A DNA stretch of 29,329 bases from Candidatus Zixiibacteriota bacterium (GCA_050117845.1 JASFLY010000035.1:1-29329); one strand, 5' to 3'; positions 9,372 to 18,502 are shown, numbered from the stretch's first letter. Program-made: numbers and translations. Notes: generated by a model from the letters alone, not told the origin.

Positions 9372-9889
9372 TGAGATGTCCGTACTGCGGCAAGGGCGAA
9401 GATAGGGTAGTGGATTCCCGGGCGGTCGACGACGGCCACGTTATACGCCGGCGTCGGGAGTGTCAGGGTTGTGGCCGGCGCTTCACTACCTACGAGCGCC
9501 GCGAGGACGTTCCCATGCTCGTAATAAAGAAGGACGGCGCCCGCGAGCCCTTCAACCGCGAGAAAATTATACGGGGTATCATGACCGCCTGCGAACGGCG
9601 GCCGGTCTCCCACAACGAGATAGTGGCCCTCGTGACCCAGATAGAACGGGACCTGGGCGCCACGTACGAGGGCGAGATACCGAGCCGGGCCATCGGCGAA
9701 CGAGTCATGGCCGCCCTCAAGGAATTGGACGAAGTCGCCTACATCCGCTTCGCTTCCGTCTACCGCTCTTTCCGGGACGTCGGCGAATTCATGGACGAGT
9801 TGCATAAACTGATGGAGCCGCGCCGGCCGCCGGGAGACACCGGGGCCGCCAGGCCGGCCAAAAGGAAAAGGAAGCCCAAAGGTGCCTGA
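9371..9889 (+). CDS. nrdR: Transcriptional repressor NrdR
   Basis: MRCPYC, VVDSR, IRRRREC..C..RFTTYE, ATP cone, [14 protein letters not shown]. Confidence 0.98.
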   Translation: MRCPYCGKGEDRVVDSRAVDDGHVIRRRRECQGCGRRFTTYERREDVPMLVIKKDGAREPFNREKIIRGIMTACERRPVSHNEIVALVTQIERDLGATYEGEIPSRAIGERVMAALKELDEVAYIRFASVYRSFRDVGEFMDELHKLMEPRRPPGDTGAARPAKRKRKPKGA

Positions 9890-10904
9890 GCTCAGACGGG
9901 ACCCGGTGGTGGGGCGGTGGGTAATAATCGCGGCGGAGCGCGCCAAACGGCCGCAAGACTTCGTGCCGCTCCAGAACGGCCACACGACGGCCGAGGGCAA
10001 AAAGAACTGCCCGTTTTGCCCCGGGGCCGAAGGCAAGACGCCGCCGGAGATAACGGCGTACCGGCCCGACGGCTCGCGGCCCGACACGCCGGGGTGGACC
10101 CTTCGCGTCGTCCCCAATAAATTCCCGGCCTTGCAGATAGAGGGGGAACTGGACGCCCGCGGCGACGGCATCTACGATCGCCTCAACGGCATCGGCGCCC
10201 ACGAGGTTATAATCGAGACGCCGGACCACGACGCCACGCTGGCGACGATGCCGCTCGATCAGACGGAGGGTATGTATCGCGCCTTCGTGGAACGAATGAG
10301 CGACCTCGAACGCGACACGCGTTTCAAGTATATACAGGTATTCAAGAACGTGGGGGAACCGGCCGGCGCGAGCCTGGAACACCCGCACTGTCAGCTTATC
10401 GCGACGCCGGTCGTCCCCAAGCGGATTACGGAAGAACTCGCCGGCGCCTCGGCCCACTATCAATACAAGGAGCGGTGCGTCTTCTGCGACATCGCCCGCC
10501 AGGAATCCGAATTGCGGAAGCGGGTCGTATTCGAGGATGACCTGATGCTCTCCTTCGTACCTTTCGCGCCGCGTTTCCCGTTCGAAATCCAGATGATGCC
10601 GCGACGGCACCAGTCGTCGTTCCGCGACATCAGCGAAGAAGAGATAATAAACCTCGCGTTGCACACCAGAATAATCGTGGGTAAAATGGACGGGTTATTG
10701 GGAACGCCGCCTTTCAATCTGGTGCTGCATACGGCGCCGTGCGGCCTGGGGGAACTCAAACACTATCACTGGCACATCGAGATTATTCCCAAGCTGGCGA
10801 AGGTGGCCGGGTTCGAGTGGGGGACGGGTTTCTACATCAATCCCACGATCCCGGAGGCCGTGGCCCAGGACTTGAGAGAATATAATCCCCCGGAGGCGGG
10901 TTAA
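9882..10904 (+). CDS. galT: GalT-family nucleotidyltransferase (galactose-1-P uridylyltransferase / ADP-glucose phosphorylase-like)
   Basis: [43 protein letters not shown] and HWHIEI.P motifs. Confidence 0.88.
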   Translation: MPELRRDPVVGRWVIIAAERAKRPQDFVPLQNGHTTAEGKKNCPFCPGAEGKTPPEITAYRPDGSRPDTPGWTLRVVPNKFPALQIEGELDARGDGIYDRLNGIGAHEVIIETPDHDATLATMPLDQTEGMYRAFVERMSDLERDTRFKYIQVFKNVGEPAGASLEHPHCQLIATPVVPKRITEELAGASAHYQYKERCVFCDIARQESELRKRVVFEDDLMLSFVPFAPRFPFEIQMMPRRHQSSFRDISEEEIINLALHTRIIVGKMDGLLGTPPFNLVLHTAPCGLGELKHYHWHIEIIPKLAKVAGFEWGTGFYINPTIPEAVAQDLREYNPPEAG

Positions 10905-10925
10905 CCCGCTAAGGCAAGGTTCCCT

Positions 10926-12392
10926 ATGTCGAAACTTAAAGTCGTAATGGTCGCATCCGAATGCGTCCCGTTCGCCAAGACCGGGGGGCTGGCCGACGTC
11001 GCCGGCGCCCTGCCCAAAGCGTTGGCCAAAGTGGGGGCGCGCCCCACGATTATTATGCCCTATTACAAGGAAGTGTCACGGGGCGGGTTCGGCGAAAAGC
11101 GCGTGGGCAAAATCGAAGTCGCTGTGGGCGCCAACAGCGTATCGACGATAATATACGCGGCCGAGATGCCCGAAACCAACATCCCCGTATACTTTCTGGG
11201 CCACGACGCCTACTACTACCGGGAAGGCCTGTATCAGGAGCGGGGGATAGACTTCCCGGATAACGCCGAACGTTTCACCCTCCTGTGTCGCGGGGCGCTC
11301 GAGCTCATCATTCACGAGAAATTGCGGCCCGATTGTCTCCACCTCCACGACTGGCAGACCGGCCTGATTCCCGTCTACATCCGGGACCATTACGCCGGCG
11401 ACTTCGAGGACGTCGGTACGCTCTTCACCATCCACAATATCGGCTACCAGGGGAACTTCGACAAAAAATATTTCCCCATTACGAACCTGGGCTGGCACCG
11501 CTTCGACATCAACGACATGGAATTCTTCGGCCAGTTCTCCTTCCTTAAGGCCGGGATGGTCCACTCCGACCTCGTGACCACGGTCAGCGAACGCTACGCC
11601 GAGGAAATCCAGACGCCGGAGTTCGGTTTCGTAATGGACGGCGTATTGCGCCAGCGGCGGGAAGACCTATTCGGCGTACTTAACGGGATAGACTACGGCA
11701 TCTGGAACCCGAAAAAGGACCCGTATATAGCGGCGGATTTCGACACGGAGAACGTCAAGGGCAAGGCCGCGTGCAAGCAGGAACTCGAAAAGGAGAACGG
11801 CTTCGACCACGATCCGAAATCGGCGCTCGTGGGAATCATATCGCGGCTCGCGGACCAGAAGGGCTTCGACATCCTGGTGGACGGCATTGATCGGATCCTC
11901 CAATTGCCGTGTCGCTACATATTGTTGGGAACGGGCGACCGGAAGTATCATCGCCTATTCGCCGAGGTCGCCAAGCGGCACCCCAAGAAATTCTCGACGC
12001 ACCTGACCTTCGACGACGCCATGGCGCACCGGATATACGCCGGCTCGGATATTATAATGATGCCGTCGCGCTACGAGCCCTGTGGCCTGGGTCAAATGAT
12101 CGGTATGGCTTACGGCACGATTCCGGTCGTTCGGGCCACGGGCGGCCTGGCGGACACCGTTATCGACGCGGACGACAACAAACGGGACGGCGTGGGCTTC
12201 TCGTTCGAGCGGTACACCGGCCGCGCGATGGTAGAGGCCATGGAACGCGCGATAAAAGCGTATGAGGCGCCACGGCGCTGGCGCGCCATAATGCGGCGGG
12301 CCATGGCGCGGGATTTCTCTTGGGAGAGGTCGGCCCGGGAATACCTGAAATTGTATCGGCTGGCGCGTAAGCGGAAGAGCAAGGCGGAATAG
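10926..12392 (+). CDS. glgA: Glycogen synthase (GT5)
   Basis: PFAKTGGLADV, HDWQTG, TIHNIGYQG, LNGIDY, SRL..QKG and MPSRYEPCGL.Q motifs. Confidence 0.97.
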   Translation: MSKLKVVMVASECVPFAKTGGLADVAGALPKALAKVGARPTIIMPYYKEVSRGGFGEKRVGKIEVAVGANSVSTIIYAAEMPETNIPVYFLGHDAYYYREGLYQERGIDFPDNAERFTLLCRGALELIIHEKLRPDCLHLHDWQTGLIPVYIRDHYAGDFEDVGTLFTIHNIGYQGNFDKKYFPITNLGWHRFDINDMEFFGQFSFLKAGMVHSDLVTTVSERYAEEIQTPEFGFVMDGVLRQRREDLFGVLNGIDYGIWNPKKDPYIAADFDTENVKGKAACKQELEKENGFDHDPKSALVGIISRLADQKGFDILVDGIDRILQLPCRYILLGTGDRKYHRLFAEVAKRHPKKFSTHLTFDDAMAHRIYAGSDIIMMPSRYEPCGLGQMIGMAYGTIPVVRATGGLADTVIDADDNKRDGVGFSFERYTGRAMVEAMERAIKAYEAPRRWRAIMRRAMARDFSWERSAREYLKLYRLARKRKSKAE

Positions 12393-12416
12393 ATTAATAA
12401 GTTGAGGTTAAAGGAA

Positions 12417-12444
12417 ACTCCCGCCTTAAGGCGGGAGTCTTTTA
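12417..12444 (+). terminator. Intrinsic terminator after glgA
   Basis: ACTCCCGCC-TTAA-GGCGGGAGT followed by CTTTTA. Confidence 0.75.
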
Positions 12445-12530
12445 TGCACATTGTAATTAAAGCGTCGCATCAGACAATGGGGCATAGATTATTGAAATAG
12501 AACGGCTTGCGCTGATCGGGCTCCATTGCT

Positions 12531-12558
12531 ATGTCTGATAATATATATTATGTTAATA
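12531..12558 (+). other. dif: dif-like chromosome dimer resolution site (XerC/XerD)
   Basis: ATGTCTGATAA-TATATA-TTATGTTAATA versus E. coli GGTGCGCATAA-TGTATA-TTATGTTAAAT. 11-6-11 layout, intergenic, at the gene-strand switch. Confidence 0.85.
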
Positions 12559-12595
12559 CTACCCATGCGGCCTTGAGCCGGGGTTAGGCCGGCCG

Positions 12596-12685
12596 CTACT
12601 TCTTCTTGTGACGATTCGCCCGCGAACGCTTTTTACGTTTATGTTTGGCTATTTTCTTGCGCTTCCTTTTCTTAGGACAGCCCAT
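12596..12685 (-). CDS. Small basic AURKAIP1/COX24-domain protein (bS22/mS38-like ribosomal protein), 29 aa
   Basis: MGCPKKRKRKKIAKHKRKKRSRANRHKKK*. SD GAGGT lies 5 nt before the ATG. Matches the K.RK.KK...HK.KKR....RHKK pattern. Confidence 0.88.
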   Translation of the reverse strand: MGCPKKRKRKKIAKHKRKKRSRANRHKKK

Positions 12686-12717
12686 CAGTTACCTCATCTT
12701 CCTGCCTGGTCGAGGGG

Positions 12718-13008
12718 TTAGTTGTCGTCGCCGTATTCGTCCAGTAGTTTTTTTAGAGCCTTGGAGCCTTTGAACGCCGGCGACACCTTGGGTGGTACGT
12801 AAACACTTTCGCCTGTTTTAGGATTACGGGCGGTGCGGCCCGGCCTGGTTTTCACCGTAAAGGAACCGAATCCCCGTAGTTCCACTTTCTCGCCTTGCGA
12901 TAACGCGTCGCTAATAGTATCCAATATCGCGTCTACGACCCGGACGGCTTCTTTTTGCGTCAGATTATGTTTCTTCGCTATGGAGCGGGCCAGGTCGGCC
13001 TTCGTCAT
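12718..13008 (-). CDS. HU/IHF-family DNA-binding protein
   Basis: MTKADL, GEKVELRGFGSF, R.ARNPKTGE and P.FK.SK.LK motifs. SD GAGGAGG. ATG at 13014 is an alternative start. Confidence 0.95.
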   Translation of the reverse strand: MTKADLARSIAKKHNLTQKEAVRVVDAILDTISDALSQGEKVELRGFGSFTVKTRPGRTARNPKTGESVYVPPKVSPAFKGSKALKKLLDEYGDDN

Positions 13009-13058
13009 ACCCATCATCCTCCTCAGCATTAATATATCTATAATAACAATAACGCCCG

Positions 13059-13089
13059 CCCGGGCAGGCTTTCGCGCGGCCTGCCCGGG
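13059..13089 (-). terminator. GC-rich hairpin downstream of the DUF4349 gene; probable terminator
   Basis: 11-bp inverted repeat CCCGGGCAGGC / GCCTGCCCGGG. A T-rich tract (GTTATTGTTATT) follows on the - strand a few nt later. Confidence 0.5.
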
Positions 13090-13127
13090 TCGGAACGTTC
13101 GTAGACGGAATTAGTATCCGCTTATTA

Positions 13128-14123
13128 CTACGCGTCCGCCGCCGCGGCCTTGGCGCGACGCCGGCGCCGCTGGAAGATCCAGACGACGAACCTGATAATC
13201 AACACGATAATTATCAGGATTATTACGAACGGCAACAGCACTATAACGGCCTGCACCAGGAATATGCATATCCGAACGGCTATCCGGAACGCGTCCTTTA
13301 TGGCTTTACCGAAGCTGTATCCGGTGGGTACCGTCGTGTGCGGTTCCTCGAGGTATACCGTTATGGTCGAAAGGCCCACCTGCGAATCCAGGTAGCGAAG
13401 CTGCCCCTTGAGGACCTCGATGGTTTCGGTAACCCGCTCTATCTCCCGCTCCACTTCCAGGATGTCCGGTACGGTCCCGGTTCGCGTCGCGAGGATCTCG
13501 AGGTAGCGGGCCCGCGTGGCCTCGGCGTTGTCGAGCCGGGCCTGAAGGTCGTAGTACTCCTGCGTAACGTCGGAGGTCGAGCTGTTCTCCTCGAGCAGGC
13601 GGCCTACCTTCCGCAGGGCCTTCATCGTTTCCTCGTACTTCGAGGGGTGGATTTTAATGGTCACGGACCCCACGTCGTAACCCTCGTCGACCGAGGAGCG
13701 CGTCGTCCCGACGACCAGGCCCTTCTCGGCCTTGGCGACCTCGTGCACTTTCTCGAAACCCGCGTCGACGTCCTCGACCTCGCAGGTCAGCGACGCCGTT
13801 TTGATAAGCTTCATCCCGGCCGTGAGTTCCTCGGCGTTGGCGGTGGGTATGCCGCTTAAATCCCCCGCTTCTCCCGGGGAGCCTCCCACGCCGTCGGGCG
13901 TGGTTCCCGTACTGGTGTCCCTCGCCAGGTAATCGGCGTCGTCGGTCTTCTCGGTCATCTTGTACTTCTCGCCGCCCTCGGGAGTATTCATGCTTTCGGG
14001 CTCTTCCATGGCCGGGGCGGGCGCTTCGTCCCCCATCGCGATTTTTTCGGCTTTCTTGGCGCAGCCGAAAAAGGCCGACAGGGCGAGGCCGAGAATGAAT
14101 AATATTATTGCTGGCTTACGCAC
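13128..14123 (-). CDS. DUF4349-domain lipoprotein
   Basis: Lipobox AFFG-C, KLIKTASL, DVTQEYYDLQARL, ILEVEREI.RV..IE.LKG, V.LSTITV and a C-terminal TM segment. Confidence 0.85.
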   Translation of the reverse strand: MRKPAIILFILGLALSAFFGCAKKAEKIAMGDEAPAPAMEEPESMNTPEGGEKYKMTEKTDDADYLARDTSTGTTPDGVGGSPGEAGDLSGIPTANAEELTAGMKLIKTASLTCEVEDVDAGFEKVHEVAKAEKGLVVGTTRSSVDEGYDVGSVTIKIHPSKYEETMKALRKVGRLLEENSSTSDVTQEYYDLQARLDNAEATRARYLEILATRTGTVPDILEVEREIERVTETIEVLKGQLRYLDSQVGLSTITVYLEEPHTTVPTGYSFGKAIKDAFRIAVRICIFLVQAVIVLLPFVIILIIIVLIIRFVVWIFQRRRRRAKAAAADA

Positions 14124-14217
14124 GTCTTACCCCCTTGTATGATAGGTATTGCTTGGGTGGGGGCCAGGGCGGAATAACGTCATCCGCCGGCTCGTATAAA
14201 TGAAAATGAATATGATA

Positions 14218-15171
14218 TCAATAAAGCGAGTATTCCAGCTCCACTTTGGATTCGGGTTCGGTGCTCGCCACCAGCTTTTCGTGCAACGCCTCGAAGAAGA
14301 GGTCCGACATCGAATCCTCTTTGAGCCGTTTGCGTACGATTGTCGGCTCCCCCTCGATGCCAAGGTCGCGGGCCACGTCGTCCAGGCACTGTTCGAAGTT
14401 GCCCAGCTCGTCCACGAAGCCGTATTCCCGGCCCTGGCGCCCGGAGAATATCCGGCCGTCGGCGTACTCCATGACGTATCGCCGCACCTGGTACCGCGTC
14501 GGCGTTTCTTCGCCCTCCGCGGCGAGTTTGGCCGCTATCGCCGGGTACCGCCCTTCGACCACGACGTCGAGGAATTGATTATACACGTCGTCCACCATCT
14601 CGCCCAATAGGGCTTCTTCCTCGGGGGTCATGGGACGGAACGGCGAGCCTATGTCCTTGTACCGGCCGCTCTTCACCACTTTAGAGGAAACGCCTATCTT
14701 CCCGAAAAGGCCCTCGACGTTCGTGAACGAGAGAATAACGCCGATGGACCCGGTGAGCGTTCCGGGATTGGCGTATATCTTGTCGCCGGCGCAGGCGATG
14801 TAATACCCCCCCGAGGCCGCGATGGTCGACATGTAGGCATATACTTTTTTATCGTGCTCCTTGAGCGCGAGCAGTTCCGTGTAAACTTCGTGCGTCGAGG
14901 CCGCGCCGCCGCCCGGGCTATCGATATACACGACGACCGCGGCGACGGTCGGGTCGTCCCGGTAGTCGTGTATAATGCTTATCAAACCTTCGGACTCGTA
15001 GATGCCGCCCCGCAGGTCGAGGACGGCTATCTTCTTCCCTATGGGCGAGAACGCCTTTATCTCCGGCATGAATCGGCACAACAGCACGCCCGCGATTATT
15101 ACCATGAACAGCGCGAACAGCACGGCACCGGTGCCCATAATCCACCATATTTTGGACGATTTCTTAGCCAT
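14218..15171 (-). CDS. sppA: Signal peptide peptidase SppA (S49, short type)
   Basis: IDSPGG, AASGGYYIA, TLTGSIGV, KSGRYKD, ADGRIFSG and GFVDELG motifs; N-terminal TM. Start set at MAKKSSK. Confidence 0.93.
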   Translation of the reverse strand: MAKKSSKIWWIMGTGAVLFALFMVIIAGVLLCRFMPEIKAFSPIGKKIAVLDLRGGIYESEGLISIIHDYRDDPTVAAVVVYIDSPGGGAASTHEVYTELLALKEHDKKVYAYMSTIAASGGYYIACAGDKIYANPGTLTGSIGVILSFTNVEGLFGKIGVSSKVVKSGRYKDIGSPFRPMTPEEEALLGEMVDDVYNQFLDVVVEGRYPAIAAKLAAEGEETPTRYQVRRYVMEYADGRIFSGRQGREYGFVDELGNFEQCLDDVARDLGIEGEPTIVRKRLKEDSMSDLFFEALHEKLVASTEPESKVELEYSLY

Positions 15172-15203
15172 CTCTTCTTTGATTCCTCCGGGGGATTCGA
15201 GGT

Positions 15204-15896
15204 TTAATAACCCCTTAATGTCTGCAAGTGTTGAACGGCGAGTGCGCTCAAGGCCGGATCGGCGTCCAGCCCCAGCGCCCGTTTCCACAGACGTATTGCC
15301 CTCCCCACTTCCCCGGCGTCCTCCGCCAGCAGCGCCAACAAGCGAACACGGCCGGCGTCATCGTAGGGGTTTTCCCCTCGCGTCAGTATCTCCTCGGCCT
15401 CGGCGTAACGTCCCCTCTCCTTCAATACCAGCGCTAGGTTGTACTCCGCCCGCCGGGCCAAATCGCCGGCGTCCGCGCCGATAACCATCCTGTATTCGCG
15501 CTCCGCTTCCGCCGGGAAGTCCAGCTTGTACCACAGCGCGGCCATGTTGAGCCGCGCGGGCGTGAATCCCGGGTCCAGCGCCAGCGCCTGGGAATAATAG
15601 GAAACAGCCGTATTGAGGTTTTCGCCCCGGTAACGGTTCCCGTCGGCGTCGAATTCGTACGTTAGCGCGAGATTGTAATAAACGGCCGCTTCCTCGGGAT
15701 ACTCGTCGACGAGTTCCAGAAAAACCCGGCCCGCCTCTTCCCTATCTCCCGCCCGGGCCGCGTCCACGCCGGCGTCAAGCCGCTCGTCGAAGGTCGGAGC
15801 TTCGGCCTCGTCTGCTCCCGCGAGGGCCCCGGCAAATAAAAAAGCGGCCGCGGCCGCGGCGGTACCTATTGCGCGGGGCGGGAGGGAGAAAATCAT
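15204..15896 (-). CDS. Exported TPR-repeat protein
   Basis: Signal-peptide-like N-terminus. Repeats YYNLA, Y.QAL.LDP, ARLNMA, AEYNLA and W.RAL.LD. Confidence 0.8.
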   Translation of the reverse strand: MIFSLPPRAIGTAAAAAAFLFAGALAGADEAEAPTFDERLDAGVDAARAGDREEAGRVFLELVDEYPEEAAVYYNLALTYEFDADGNRYRGENLNTAVSYYSQALALDPGFTPARLNMAALWYKLDFPAEAEREYRMVIGADAGDLARRAEYNLALVLKERGRYAEAEEILTRGENPYDDAGRVRLLALLAEDAGEVGRAIRLWKRALGLDADPALSALAVQHLQTLRGY

Positions 15897-16363
15897 TTCG
15901 TCAGGCCGACGATGGTGTCGATGCCTTTCGACAGATTGGCTTCCCCTGTTACTTTGGTGCTCTTCGAACTTATGACGGCGCTGTTGGCCGTGCTAATGAA
16001 GTCGACCGTGACGGTGTAGCTGTTGCCGCTCTTGGCGACCTTGCCGCGGCACGCAACGATAGCCCCGAGTTTCTTGCCCATCGCCACGGCTTCCGCCGTC
16101 GATACGGCCGCGCCTTCGTCGATCCCCTCTCCCTCCATGACCTTGGCGACCTTTTCCGGCTCGATTACCTTGTACTTGCCGAGATACGCCAACGCGCTCA
16201 TCAGGTAATTCGCGACTACCGGCCCCAGATAAGTATTGGCGCCGGGCGTTTCGAAGTGGAAAACGGCTATAACCGGTTTCGTCGTTTTGGCGGCGGCCCA
16301 GGGCGCGCACATCATTGTTATCGCCATCACCGCGATTATTATTCGGAAAACGCTCTTCGGCAT
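15893..16363 (-). CDS. Exported CsgG/HfaB/TolB-N-like domain protein
   Basis: Sec signal ending AAA. IAVFHFE, L..LGKYKVIE, A..MGKKLGA and G.V...G..Y.V.V pattern. SD AAGGAGG. Confidence 0.65.
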   Translation of the reverse strand: MPKSVFRIIIAVMAITMMCAPWAAAKTTKPVIAVFHFETPGANTYLGPVVANYLMSALAYLGKYKVIEPEKVAKVMEGEGIDEGAAVSTAEAVAMGKKLGAIVACRGKVAKSGNSYTVTVDFISTANSAVISSKSTKVTGEANLSKGIDTIVGLTK

Positions 16364-16404
16364 CTGCTTCCTCCTTAACGCCGCTTCGCAGTTGAGGCCG
16401 GCCT

Positions 16405-16917
16405 TCAGGCCGGGGCCTCCGACCGGTCGTTCATGAAACGAGCGTATACCCGCATCCGGTCCCGAAGGCTGCGTAGGTTGACGTATATCAGGTTCGCGTC
16501 GCTCTTGCGTATCTCGGAGAGGTAAGCCCGGAAGCTGTCCGAAACCTCGGGGTGTCTCCCCACGAACGAATCTATCAGCATCTCGTGCCGGACGAAACGG
16601 TTTATGGACCGTGAATACGAGTACATCGTTTCAACGTGATCGATGTACGCCTGTTCCTCGTGGCCGATTTCCGGGGGCGGGTCGACGTTGTTCCCGCCGG
16701 CCGAAAGCCGGGCGTAATAGCGGGCGTGGTACAGCAGATCCACGAGCCGGCCCATCATGGTCTTCAACTGCTTGGCGTCGAGGAAAGCGCCGCCGTTCTC
16801 GCCGTGCAGCGCCAGTATCTCGTCGACGAGGGCTCCGGCCTCGCCGAACGCCACGTCCCGGGAACTCGCGTATACCGCCCGGTTGCGCAGTAATATTTCG
16901 GTATTAATAGATTTCAT
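16405..16917 (-). CDS. Hypothetical protein
   Basis: 170-aa ORF that overlaps the upstream gene by 14 nt and fills the gap in a same-strand run. No family recognised. Confidence 0.7.
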   Translation of the reverse strand: MKSINTEILLRNRAVYASSRDVAFGEAGALVDEILALHGENGGAFLDAKQLKTMMGRLVDLLYHARYYARLSAGGNNVDPPPEIGHEEQAYIDHVETMYSYSRSINRFVRHEMLIDSFVGRHPEVSDSFRAYLSEIRKSDANLIYVNLRSLRDRMRVYARFMNDRSEAPA

Positions 16918-18502
16918 CCAGTATGGTGCGCTGTTGCCTCATATAGTCGAGTTCGGTCGATTCGGTAAGGACCGTTCCGGCGAGTCGGTCGCCGACGCGG
17001 CGCCCCTTCGGGTCCGTAACCGCGTACACGACGTCCAGGATATTGAGCAACGGGACCAGGAGCGTAATATTCCTCATAATGGAATGGAAGAGGTTCGCCT
17101 TCTGGCCGTAGTCGGTGAATTTAACCACACGCAATCCCATAATGCGTTTACCGAGGCTGGCCCCTCCCGCGTCTCGTATCAGGAAGTAAAAAGCGCTTAT
17201 CCCTGCGACCGTTCCCCAGAACAGTTGCTGGAAGTAGTACTGGTCCGGCCCCGGCATGTACGGGTTCATCTCCAGGAAGCTGAATATTAGCGCCACCAAG
17301 AAATACGACAGGCTGATAACGAAAACGTCCACTAACTGCGCCGCGACTCGGCGAAGGAGCGAGGGTCGGGAGAAGTCCAGTACGACCGAGCGGTCTACTT
17401 TAACGTCGTCCTCTTCCTCCCGAGGCTCTACCGCGCTCCTCTCTTCCTTCGCTTCTTCCTCCGCTACCTTGCGGAACTCCACTTCGTCGACCGATACTTT
17501 CTTCGGACTCTCGGGAGCCGCCGGCCGTTTAATCGGCGCCGTAACCGCGGCCTCGGCAGGCGAAGGCGCGGGCGGTCCTCCCGGAGCGGGAGGGGCCGTT
17601 TCGGTCGGCGTCGGCGGCCCGGCCGCTCCTTCTCCGGGCGGCGGAATCGGTATCGAAACGAGGTCGCCGACTTCGGGTTCCGTACTCGCCGATGGTCCCG
17701 GGGGCGAAGCCGCCGGACCCAAAGGCTGCATTCCTACGGGCGGGCCGGCGGGCCCGGGCGCCGGAGGTTCGGGCGTGGCCGCGGGTCCGGGAGGGGCATC
17801 GGTCGGCGTCGCGTCGAGCGGCAGCGATAAACCGGCCGCGGCCGCGGCGGGTCCCGTACCCGGAGGAGCCGGCGTTTCGGCCGCCGGGGCGCCGGGCATC
17901 GGCGGCGGCACTTCGGGTTCGGCCCCCGCGAGTTCCGCGAAGATTTCCGCGAAATCCGCGACGTCGCTTATCTTCACCCACTTTTTAAGCTGGGCTTCCC
18001 ACAAGAAATGCTCGGCCGTAAATTCCCCGGCCTTTATTTTCTCTTCGACTTCGGGGTATTCGAAGGGCCCGAAGCGGGCGCCCTCTTTGCTGAGGTAGTA
18101 CTTCTGGGCCGTGGCCGGTTTGAACCCTTCGTCCAAAAACTGCGAGAACACCGGGTGTTCGGCGGCCTTCAACCAGCGGTTGGCCACCGCGTCCCATACG
18201 AAGTGGGTCCCCTTGAAGCGGCCCCGTTCTATCTCTTTAATTATGGCGTCGCGCGGGAATGGACCTCCCGTTTTACCCTCCACGTTGATAAAAAAGCCTT
18301 CGTCTTCGGCCGCGGCCAAAGTCGCCTCCTCGTCGAATACGCCGGCCAACTCGGCGTAGAATTTAATCTTAATCCATCGGCCCTGCTTGGCTTCCCAGAC
18401 GTAATCTTCCTGCGATACCGCCTTGTTTTTTACCAATTCCCGGAACTCGGCGATATCCAGAGGGCCGCTTTGATTCCCGTCGATATTTAGATAAAATTCC
18501 AT
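16904..18502 (-). CDS. 3x GYF_2 (DUF4339) domains + Pro-rich linker + RDD membrane domain
   Basis: Three Y/F...G...GP[LF].......I..G.......[VL]W......W repeats, about 130 aa of Pro/Ala linker, then RRVAAQLVD, SLGKRIMGLRVV and RRVGDRLAGT. Confidence 0.85.
   Translation of the reverse strand: MEFYLNIDGNQSGPLDIAEFRELVKNKAVSQEDYVWEAKQGRWIKIKFYAELAGVFDEEATLAAAEDEGFFINVEGKTGGPFPRDAIIKEIERGRFKGTHFVWDAVANRWLKAAEHPVFSQFLDEGFKPATAQKYYLSKEGARFGPFEYPEVEEKIKAGEFTAEHFLWEAQLKKWVKISDVADFAEIFAELAGAEPEVPPPMPGAPAAETPAPPGTGPAAAAAGLSLPLDATPTDAPPGPAATPEPPAPGPAGPPVGMQPLGPAASPPGPSASTEPEVGDLVSIPIPPPGEGAAGPPTPTETAPPAPGGPPAPSPAEAAVTAPIKRPAAPESPKKVSVDEVEFRKVAEEEAKEERSAVEPREEEDDVKVDRSVVLDFSRPSLLRRVAAQLVDVFVISLSYFLVALIFSFLEMNPYMPGPDQYYFQQLFWGTVAGISAFYFLIRDAGGASLGKRIMGLRVVKFTDYGQKANLFHSIMRNITLLVPLLNILDVVYAVTDPKGRRVGDRLAGTVLTESTELDYMRQQRTILDEIY

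Noticed and set aside
15172..15288. N-terminal extension of SppA in the ORF track
   Set aside because: It overlaps the TPR gene. ATG 15171 has a purine-rich leader and directly precedes the TM anchor.
17520..17930. Tandem DNA repeat in the Pro-rich linker
   Set aside because: Low-complexity coding sequence with no consistent repeat unit.
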